A stretch of 64,000 nucleotides of DNA, from positions 1-64,000 of the forward strand of contig OZ244960.1 of assembly GCA_965222605.1 (NCBI GenBank), in the 5' to 3' direction. Position 1 is the stretch's first letter. The number at the start of each line of letters is the position of its first letter. The position numbers and the translations under genes were made by a program. The notes below the pieces were generated by a model. That model was not told the origin of the DNA. It worked only from the letters and a program-made list of their open reading frames with translations, and did not search any database. Origin of the DNA: Candidatus Latescibacterota bacterium (GTDB lineage Bacteria; Latescibacterota; UBA2968). This document shows, in pieces, positions 48,601 to 56,641 of this stretch.

Positions 48601-50352
48601 CCTCTGGCACTCAAGTTTGGCGGCGATTACGAAATTTGGCCGCCCTTTGCGATTACACTACTGGGAGGGCTGGCAGTTTCAATGGTTTCTACTCTCGTAT
48701 TTATCCCCGTGGTGTACATGGGAATTGACCAGACCAAAGCCTGGCTGGCGGATATTGGCTGGTTCGGGATTGTATTGGGGACGGCAGCGGCAGCGGGATT
48801 GACGTATTGGGTTGACGATTATTACCAGAGTTTGTTCTGGACCTGTCTTCTGGCATTGCCGGCGTGGATGGTGTGTATGGGCGCGGTCTGGATTGTGCAG
48901 CGCATTTATCGCTCGCGTATGGCTTCTCGCGTTGAGATCGGCAGGGTCGATCATCTCGAAATTCGCAATCTGACAAAAATTTACGGCGCGCCGGGGCAGT
49001 TTAAGCGAGAATGGGATCGTTTTAAGCGGCGCAATCAGCGCCTTTCAGAGCGCGGACAGGTAATGGTAGATAAAAAGGCGATTCAGGACAGTTTGTGGTG
49101 GAAGTTGCCTCTTCTGGCTCTGCTACTTTATTTGGAAACCTATTTTGAACAGGGAACATGGATCTTTTTAACAGGGCTCGCCCTGTGGGGCCTCGTGCAT
49201 CATCTCGTGCTATGCACGGCTGCTTTGCGCGGTTTCCAGATTGAGAACCGATGGATATTGCAAATCGCCCGATTGATTTTGCCGCTGGTCTTTGTGGCCT
49301 TTGTTCATTGGCGTTTGGAACTTCTGTCTTTGACCATAGCCACTTGTGCAATTTACTTGCTCTATCGCATTATCGGATTTTTGGCAGATCGCGTTGCACG
49401 AGGCCGCGTTGATCCCGAACATATACCGGGGCGGTTAGGACCTGTTAAAGGTATTGTGTATCGCGGTGCTGCAGCCGTTCCCATCATTGGTGTTCCCCGC
49501 CCGCAATTCCAGGCCCTCGGCGGCGTGAGTCTCGATATTCCGCGCGGGATGTTTGGGCTTTTAGGCCCCAATGGCGCGGGCAAAACCACGCTGATGCGGA
49601 TTGTGTGTCGGGTTTTGTCGTCAAATTACGGATCAGTGCTCGCCAATGGCAAAACGCCGCTCACCCATCGGAATATGCAGGGGGTGATTGGATATTTGCC
49701 GCAGCACTTTGGCCTGTATTTGCACATGTCTGCGTATAATTATCTGGAATACCGCGCGCTTTTGGAGGGATTTAAGGACGGGGTAGCACGGCGCAAGCGC
49801 GTTCAGGAATGTCTGGAGCAGGTCAATCTGTGGGACAGGCGCGACGACCCGATTGGTTCGTTCTCTGGCGGTATGAAACAACGCGTGGGCATTGCACAAA
49901 CCCTGTTGCACTTACCACAGATTATTGTGGTGGATGAGCCAACAGCGGGATTGGATCCACTCGAGCGGATCCGGTTTAGAAATTTACTGGCGCGATTTAG
50001 CCAGGAAAAAATCATTATTTTTTCCACGCATATTGTCGAAGATATTGCGGGCAGTTGCAACCGATTGGCCGTGCTGAATCACGGCAAGGTGCTCTATACG
50101 GGAACCCCACTTGAAATGCGCGATTTGGCGCGCGATAAGGTGTGGGAAGCCCTGCTACCAGATCCGCGTTTTGAAGCGTTGGAACGCGACCTGGATATGA
50201 TTACACATGTGCGCGTGCCCGATGGGATTCGGGTGCGATTTCTCGCAACCGATCCCATCCCAGAAGCGCGTGTAGTTGATCCCACCCTCGAAGATGCATA
50301 CCTCTATCTTTTGCGACATGGCGATGAATACAAACAGGCTAACATGGCGTGA
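45628..50352 (+). CDS. RND permease fused to extra TM helices and a C-terminal ABC ATPase domain
   Basis: Full RND ([22 protein letters not shown]), then about 6 extra TMs, then GPNGAGKT / FSGGM / VVDEPT / STH / PTLEDAY, all in one 1574-aa frame. Confidence 0.92.
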   Translation: [1574 protein letters not shown]

Positions 50353-51052
50353 GTTGTTTTTCTTTGTCGGGAAATTGCACAGCCTGAGCATGAGAATCGT
50401 TTTTCACCGCAAAATGATTTTTATGTTCGGCGGAATTGTGGCGTATTACGCAATTTTGTACGCGATCGCAATCTGGCGTCCCGGTGAGGGGTTTTCAGTC
50501 GAGCAAGCCCTCCATGTATTGGTCGAAGTGCCAGGCACGGTGCTTGCGATCTATCTAACGATGGATCTGGTGTCCGGGGAGAGAGATAAGGATACGCTTG
50601 AAATTTTGTTCAGTACGGCTATCAGCCACTACGCGACATGGTCCGTGAGAATTGTGTCGATCTGTGCTGCGCTATTTGCCACGCTGATGGTGATGAGCAC
50701 GATTTCCTACTATTTTTTTGCAGAGTTTCCCTATCTCCTGGGCGGATTGAATGCCTGTATCCCTGCCTTTTTTATGGTGGGGGCCACATTTCTATTTTCG
50801 GTATTGTGTCGCAGTGGCAATGCGGCCGGCATGCTCGCTGTTGGGCTTTTGATTGCGGTTTTGCTTTCGACCGAGACGTTTGAGGATACATCGTATTACC
50901 TTTTTCTCAAACCATTTGACGCGCCTTCAGATTTAGATACCAGCTTGTGGATAAATCGCGTGGTGTTAAACCGCGCGGGCATTGCCATTCTGGGTATATT
51001 GTTCATTTTTCTGGCTCTGAGACGAATGATAGAGCGCGAAAAGCTGCTGTAA
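50324..51052 (+). CDS. ABC-2 type permease
   Basis: About 6 TMs; ERDKDTLEILFST coupling-helix motif; overlaps the upstream stop. Confidence 0.85.
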   Translation: MNTNRLTWRELFFFVGKLHSLSMRIVFHRKMIFMFGGIVAYYAILYAIAIWRPGEGFSVEQALHVLVEVPGTVLAIYLTMDLVSGERDKDTLEILFSTAISHYATWSVRIVSICAALFATLMVMSTISYYFFAEFPYLLGGLNACIPAFFMVGATFLFSVLCRSGNAAGMLAVGLLIAVLLSTETFEDTSYYLFLKPFDAPSDLDTSLWINRVVLNRAGIAILGILFIFLALRRMIEREKLL

Positions 51053-51180
51053 AAGCAACCACAGAAAAACCGCTCTCTGTGAATGTTTTTGGGTTTATCT
51101 TGCCCAAACTGCGCGATTTATATACTTTGAATACCTTAGCATGTTAAAATCTCATAATAGGGTAGGGGAGGAGAACATTT

Positions 51181-51843
51181 ATGAATCAAACAACACCGCA
51201 ACAAGAAGACATACTGGTCTGGTTTCTCAAGGTGTGGAATCAGATTGAAGCAAATTATATCAGGATCCTCACGGGATTTGGCATTGCCATTGTCGCTGCG
51301 CTGGTTGTCTTATTTTTCTATCGCGGACAAACACAACGCGCAGAGGCGGCTCGTGCAGCTCTCGGCGACGTTTATATCGCACTTTATGAAGGGCGCGCAG
51401 AAGAAGCGATTACCTCATCACAGGACGTAATAGAAACCTATGCGGGCGAAGCCGAAGCGGGCGAAGCATTGATGGCTCTGGCCAATTTGCACTATGAAGA
51501 AGGCCGCATCGCAGAGGCACGCACATATTTTCAACAATATATGAATGACTATCCAGCAGAAGGGCCATTGGGCTATGGTGCCTGGGCGGGGTTGGCATCC
51601 TGTCTTGAAAGCGAAGGAAAATTCGCCGAAGCGGGTCAACAGTTCGCGGCCTTCGCCGAAGCGCAACCCAAATCGCCATTTGCGCCGATAGCCCTGAAGG
51701 AAGCTGGCAGATGTTACGAACTTGGAAAAATGCCTCAGCAAGCAAGTGATGCGTATCAAAAGATCGCCAAAGAATACGATGAGTCATCTGTCGCCAGATT
51801 TGCACGCGGACAATTGAACATGATGGGAGTTGAGATAGATTAG
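51181..51843 (+). CDS. Membrane-anchored TPR protein (YfgM-like)
   Basis: Single N-terminal TM followed by TPR helices; GGAGGAG RBS. Confidence 0.75.
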   Translation: MNQTTPQQEDILVWFLKVWNQIEANYIRILTGFGIAIVAALVVLFFYRGQTQRAEAARAALGDVYIALYEGRAEEAITSSQDVIETYAGEAEAGEALMALANLHYEEGRIAEARTYFQQYMNDYPAEGPLGYGAWAGLASCLESEGKFAEAGQQFAAFAEAQPKSPFAPIALKEAGRCYELGKMPQQASDAYQKIAKEYDESSVARFARGQLNMMGVEID

Positions 51844-51887
51844 CGCAAATCCCGAGTTGAATTTGGCGCAATACCATTTTTTCAAAC

Positions 51888-51925
51888 AAATCCCTGAGAA
51901 GTAGAAAAACGCTTCTCAGGGATTT
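51888..51925 (+). terminator. Intrinsic terminator
   Basis: AAATCCCTGAGAAG...CTTCTCAGGGATTT followed by a T-rich tract. Confidence 0.75.
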
Positions 51926-52018
51926 TGTGTTTTTTTAAAAAAGTCCCGAAGTTCAAAGATAGACCAAAATTGACCTGACTTACAGATATTATGGATCGCT
52001 AAAAAATTTCAGCAAAAA

Positions 52019-52046
52019 ATACGGTATAAGATACATTATGTAAACT
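52019..52046 (+). other. dif site (XerCD chromosome dimer resolution)
   Basis: ATACGGTATAA-GATACA-TTATGTAAACT: 11-6-11 layout with inner ATAA/TTAT symmetry. The right arm equals the Bacillus/Staphylococcus dif arm. Intergenic and AT-rich. Confidence 0.8.
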
Positions 52047-52161
52047 CAGTGCAATAATCAGTCCAAATCCTGCCTGAAGCCGCTTCTAACCACTCGAATC
52101 TCAATCCGCATCTGAGAATAATAATTTCCACTATTTTGTGGTCCATTTACTGGCGTTGTGG

Positions 52162-52776
52162 TTATGGCTCCGCCATTTCCTCTGCGCCCGTGTGTGCAAG
52201 TCCAAGAGCCTGTTCATATAACAGATCTGACAGCCGTTGATTCTCTTCACGCATTTTCTGAATCGTTTTTACGCTTCTCTGAGCGCTTATTTCCACTTCT
52301 TTTTGTTGTCTGCGCAGCCAATTTGCGTCTTCTTGCGCTTGATTTCCCCTTTTTTTTGTCTCATGCAGTTCTTCTCGTGTTCTTTCAAGTTCTTCTTTTA
52401 ACGCCCGCGCTTCCGTCCATCCAGACGCAGATGATGCCTCTAATTGTGCATTCCGTTCGTTCAGGTTGCGAATTTCCGTTCTCAGTTCTCTTTCGGCTAT
52501 TTCGATCATCGCCAATTTTCCCAGTTTCTGTTGTTGGACTTCAAATTCGGATTTTTCAACGAGAATTTGATCGGGATTATAGCTCACATCAATATGATTT
52601 TCTCCCAAATTTTTTCCAAATTTTTTCCAAAATAATTCCTCAATTTCTTTTCTAGATATTCGCCATGTTCCATTCCATTTTTCAGGCTTTAAAAAACCTC
52701 TATTAATATAGTTTCTTATTGTTTTATCAGTCACTTGAAGAATTTTAGCGGCTTCGAGAATTCCATAATTTTCCAT
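52162..52776 (-). CDS. MerR/excisionase-type HTH protein with a long C-terminal coiled coil
   Basis: YGILEAAKILQVTDKTIRNYINRGFL...WRISRKEI HTH, then a heptad-rich E/K/R/Q region; AAGGA RBS. Confidence 0.8.
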   Translation of the reverse strand: MENYGILEAAKILQVTDKTIRNYINRGFLKPEKWNGTWRISRKEIEELFWKKFGKNLGENHIDVSYNPDQILVEKSEFEVQQQKLGKLAMIEIAERELRTEIRNLNERNAQLEASSASGWTEARALKEELERTREELHETKKRGNQAQEDANWLRRQQKEVEISAQRSVKTIQKMREENQRLSDLLYEQALGLAHTGAEEMAEP

Positions 52777-52825
52777 TTTCTATTCCTTTCTTGAAATTCC
52801 ACTATATTTACAATAAATTTCCGTT

Positions 52826-52854
52826 ATATTAGCACTTTTTTTCCATATTGTCAA
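52826..52854 (-). promoter_or_regulatory. Sigma70 promoter of the HTH/coiled-coil gene
   Basis: TTGACA-17bp-TAATAT with an extended -10 TG on the minus strand. Confidence 0.6.
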
Positions 52855-53018
52855 GTGGTAAAAAAGAGAAAAAAAACGCGCAGATAATGAATTTTTGTTA
52901 TTTTTGGAAGAGAGACGCATTTTACACTGATAAAAAATAAACGCCCCTAAAAAACAACAGGAGCTGAATATTTCCCAAAAAAACGAGAAATAGAGAACAA
53001 AAAGAGAGGAGAAAATAG

Positions 53019-54110
53019 TTGGAAAACTTAAAAAAAACCCCACTAAATGAAATGCACCGCAAAATCAACGCCCGAATGGTTCCATTTGGCGGCTGGGAAA
53101 TGCCGGTTCAATACGCGGGCATAGTCGCGGAACATCGAGCGGTGCGATCACAAGCCGGGCTTTTTGATGTCTCGCACATGGGCCAATTTGAACTTAAAGA
53201 CAGAGGGGCCAGGGATCTAACCCAATTTCTAACTGCGAATGACATAGACCGCATTGGTGTTGGGCGCGGACAGTATTCTCTATTTCTCAACAAAAATGGT
53301 GGCGCGATTGACGACATCATTGTTTACCGCCTTGGTGAGACAACCTATCTGATCGTCGTAAATGCCGCAAATATCGATAAAGACTGGAAGCATGTCCAAT
53401 CGGTCGCAAAATCATTTGATAATGTTCAGGTAACCAATCGCAGTGAAGAATTTGCCCTTCTCGCGCTTCAAGGACCAAAAGCAGAGGCTGCACTCTCCCC
53501 TATCGCAAACCGGGACCTCTCTGAAATCGGTTTTTTCCGCATTCGCAAAGCAGAACTCGCGGGAATACCCGTTCGCATTGCCCGCACGGGATATACAGGT
53601 GAGGGTATGAATGGTTTTGAGATATTTACACAAGCAGAAGACGCGGAGGTAATATGGAATGCCCTCATCGCATCGCCCGACGTAGTACCTGCAGGATTGG
53701 GCGCGCGGGATACACTCCGCATCGAAGCCTCTCTCCCCCTCTACGGGCAGGAACTCGACGAGGCAACAACACCATTAGAAGCCGGACTGGATATATTCGT
53801 GTCACAGACGGGCGGGTTCTCTGGTGCCGAAGCACTTGAGAAACAACGTGTGAATGGCCTGACCAAAACTCTTGTGATGGTCGAAATGATCGACCGCGGT
53901 ATCCCCCGCCACGGTTACGAAATCCTGGATAGCTCGGGGAATGCTATTGGCGAAGTCACAAGTGGCACAGCCGCGCCCTATCTTAAAAAAAATGTCGCAA
54001 TGGGTTATGTCCCCCCCAACTATTCAGAAATTGGAACAGAACTCGCCATTGCAATCCGAAATCGCGCCCTCAAAGCGCGGGTTGTTCCCAGACCATTTTT
54101 TAAGCGGTAA
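53019..54110 (+). CDS. gcvT: Glycine cleavage system aminomethyltransferase T
   Basis: FGGWEMPVQY, LFDVSHMG, RTGYTGE, GLGARDTLRIEA; TTG start. Confidence 0.96.
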   Translation: MENLKKTPLNEMHRKINARMVPFGGWEMPVQYAGIVAEHRAVRSQAGLFDVSHMGQFELKDRGARDLTQFLTANDIDRIGVGRGQYSLFLNKNGGAIDDIIVYRLGETTYLIVVNAANIDKDWKHVQSVAKSFDNVQVTNRSEEFALLALQGPKAEAALSPIANRDLSEIGFFRIRKAELAGIPVRIARTGYTGEGMNGFEIFTQAEDAEVIWNALIASPDVVPAGLGARDTLRIEASLPLYGQELDEATTPLEAGLDIFVSQTGGFSGAEALEKQRVNGLTKTLVMVEMIDRGIPRHGYEILDSSGNAIGEVTSGTAAPYLKKNVAMGYVPPNYSEIGTELAIAIRNRALKARVVPRPFFKR

Positions 54111-54134
54111 CTCTCTCTAAAATAAAGGTTAAAG

Positions 54135-54168
54135 AAAAAAGAGACAGGTGAAAATCTGTCTCTTTTTT
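54135..54168. terminator. Bidirectional intrinsic terminator
   Basis: AAAAAAGAGACAG-GTGAAAAT-CTGTCTCTTTTTT between gcvT and leuS. Confidence 0.8.
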
Positions 54169-54189
54169 ATCCTTATTGCGTAACGTCAG

Positions 54190-56628
54190 TTAGACCACAA
54201 TATTGACCAGCCGATTGGGAATGACGATTATTTTTTTGGGCGTGTGATCCTGTATATGCGCTTTCACATTCGGCTGTTCCAGCGCCAGGCTTTCTATCTC
54301 CGCCTCCCCGGCATCGACCTCAACTTCCATTCGCGCACGAACTTTGCCATTGACCTGAATAGGCATCTCAATCGTTGCTGGTCGAGCAAGCGTTTCGTCC
54401 CATTCGGGCCAATCTCGTTGATGAACGCTGTAATCTCCCCCAATTCGAGACCACAGTTCTTCAGAAAGATGTGGCGTTACAGGTGACAGGAGCAAGACAA
54501 GCGTCTCAATGGCTTCTCCCCAGGCATCTGTATGCACAACAGGCGTATTTTGGGCCGCCAACAAACCATTGCTAAACGTCATGAGCGCGGCCAATGCTGT
54601 ATTAAATCCAAAGGTCTCAAAATCTTCAGACACCTTGCGGATAGTCTGATGGGTTAAGCGCCGCAGATCATCCTGGGCTTCTTGTGTGGCGTCGCCCTTT
54701 GCTGGAGCACCATTTTCAACAACTATACGCCACACGCGGTTCAAAAATCTCGGAATACCTTCCAGACTCGACGAATTCCACGGGCCGCCCTGTTCCCACC
54801 GCCCCAGAAACATCACATAAGCTCGAATACAATCTGTTCCATGCTGCACAATCAAATCGTCGGGATTGACAACATTGCCCCGCGACTTGCTCATTCTTTC
54901 TTGATCTTCACCCAGAATAACGCCCTGATTAAACAAACGTGCCATCGGTTCATCATCACTGACCAGGTCCATATCGCGCATGGCTTTGGTGAAGAATCGC
55001 GTGTAGAGCAGATGCATAGTCGCGTGTTCTATACCTCCTGTATATTGATCGACAGGCAACCAATAATCACCTTCGTGAGGTTCAAAAGGCCCCGCATCGT
55101 AATGTGGGCTTAAATATCGATATTGATACCAGGAAGAACACATAAACGTATCCATTGTATCAGTCTCTCGCTGGGCTGGCAAGCCACATTTTGGACAGGT
55201 CGTGTTTAGAAATCCTTCGTGATATTTGAGGGGAGATTCACCCGTCGGCAAAAACTCTGCATCATCGGGCAGCATTACGGGTAAATCACGCGCTGGCACG
55301 GGGACAGTTCCGCATGTATCACAGTAAATAATCGGTATGGGACACCCCCAATAACGCTGGCGAGAAATCAGCCAATCGTGAAGGCGATAATTGACTTTTC
55401 GCTCGCCAACACCTCGTGACTCCAGATCATCAGCCACTGCATTTTGTCCATCTTGTGAAGATAAACCATCGAAGTGCCCCGAGTTTACCATGCGTCCTGC
55501 GCCAGTATGCGGATGGACAAGGGCTTCGCCATCCCAATCATCTGGGGCAATCACAACGGGAATGGACAACCCATACTTTTTTGCAAAACCAAAATCGCGT
55601 TCATCGTGTGCAGGCACAGCCATAATGGCCCCTGTACCATATTGAAGCAATACATAGTCGGCGATGTAAATAGGCACATCTGCATTGTTCATAGGGTTAA
55701 TTGCATAAGCACCGGTGAAAACCCCATCTCGTTCTTTATCCATGGAAAGCCGCTCGATCTCAGACTGGCGGTCGGCTTTTGCACAATATGCTTTAACAGC
55801 TTCCCGTTGGTTGGGCGCGGTTATCTCATCAACCAATGGATGTTCGGGTGCTAAAACCGCAAATGACATGCCAAAAATGGTATCTGGGCGCGTTGTGAAC
55901 ACGCGAAATGATGACTCTGAATTTTTGACGCGCATTTCAAATTCAATGCCTTCACTTCGTCCAATCCAATTCTCCTGCATGGCCTGCACGCGGTCGGGCC
56001 ATGCAATTTCTGAAAAATCAAGTAACTCCTCAGCATATCGGGTAATTCGAAACAGCCATTGGTCCAGATCCTTTTTAATCACGGGCGTATCACACCGCTC
56101 GCAGTGCCTGTCCTCTCCCCAAACCTGCTCTCTGGCAAGGGTGGTATTGCACTGTGGACACCAATCAACGGGTGCTTTCTCTCGATAAGCCAGACCATTG
56201 GCGTAAAACTTGAGGAATAACCACTGCGTCCATCTATAGTATTCAGGCAAACAGGTAATCGCTTCGCGCGTCCAGTCAAACATTGCCCCCATTGTTTTTA
56301 GTTGCTCACGCATGTGATGTACATTGTCCAGCGTCCATTTGGTTGGATGAATCCCCCGTTGGATTGCAGCGTTCTCAGCAGGCAATCCAAAAGCGTCAAA
56401 ACCAATTGGAAACAACACATTATACCCCTTCATCCGCATATATCGCGCCCGAACATCGGAGGGAACAATCGCATACCAGTGACCAATGTGGAGATCTCCC
56501 GAAGTGTAGGGCAGCATAGTCAAAGCATAATGCTTGGGGCATTTGGGATCAATCTGGCTGCGGTACAATCCGGTATCTTCCCAGCGTTGCCGCCACCGTT
56601 TTTCAAATTCTGCAAACTCGTAGGCCAT
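54190..56628 (-). CDS. leuS: Leucine--tRNA ligase
   Basis: HIGH, FTTRPDT editing domain, SRQRYWG, RMSKS; GGAG RBS before ATG 56628. Confidence 0.97.
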   Translation of the reverse strand: MAYEFAEFEKRWRQRWEDTGLYRSQIDPKCPKHYALTMLPYTSGDLHIGHWYAIVPSDVRARYMRMKGYNVLFPIGFDAFGLPAENAAIQRGIHPTKWTLDNVHHMREQLKTMGAMFDWTREAITCLPEYYRWTQWLFLKFYANGLAYREKAPVDWCPQCNTTLAREQVWGEDRHCERCDTPVIKKDLDQWLFRITRYAEELLDFSEIAWPDRVQAMQENWIGRSEGIEFEMRVKNSESSFRVFTTRPDTIFGMSFAVLAPEHPLVDEITAPNQREAVKAYCAKADRQSEIERLSMDKERDGVFTGAYAINPMNNADVPIYIADYVLLQYGTGAIMAVPAHDERDFGFAKKYGLSIPVVIAPDDWDGEALVHPHTGAGRMVNSGHFDGLSSQDGQNAVADDLESRGVGERKVNYRLHDWLISRQRYWGCPIPIIYCDTCGTVPVPARDLPVMLPDDAEFLPTGESPLKYHEGFLNTTCPKCGLPAQRETDTMDTFMCSSWYQYRYLSPHYDAGPFEPHEGDYWLPVDQYTGGIEHATMHLLYTRFFTKAMRDMDLVSDDEPMARLFNQGVILGEDQERMSKSRGNVVNPDDLIVQHGTDCIRAYVMFLGRWEQGGPWNSSSLEGIPRFLNRVWRIVVENGAPAKGDATQEAQDDLRRLTHQTIRKVSEDFETFGFNTALAALMTFSNGLLAAQNTPVVHTDAWGEAIETLVLLLSPVTPHLSEELWSRIGGDYSVHQRDWPEWDETLARPATIEMPIQVNGKVRARMEVEVDAGEAEIESLALEQPNVKAHIQDHTPKKIIVIPNRLVNIVV

Positions 56629-56641
56629 TGAAATACAACTC

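Noticed and set aside
51971-51998. Second dif-like site (…CAGATATTATGGAT…)
   Set aside because: Only TTATG matches; the remaining arm positions diverge.
51850-53018. AT-rich region as oriC
   Set aside because: No convincing TTATCCACA cluster, and genes and KOPS converge here, which fits a terminus.
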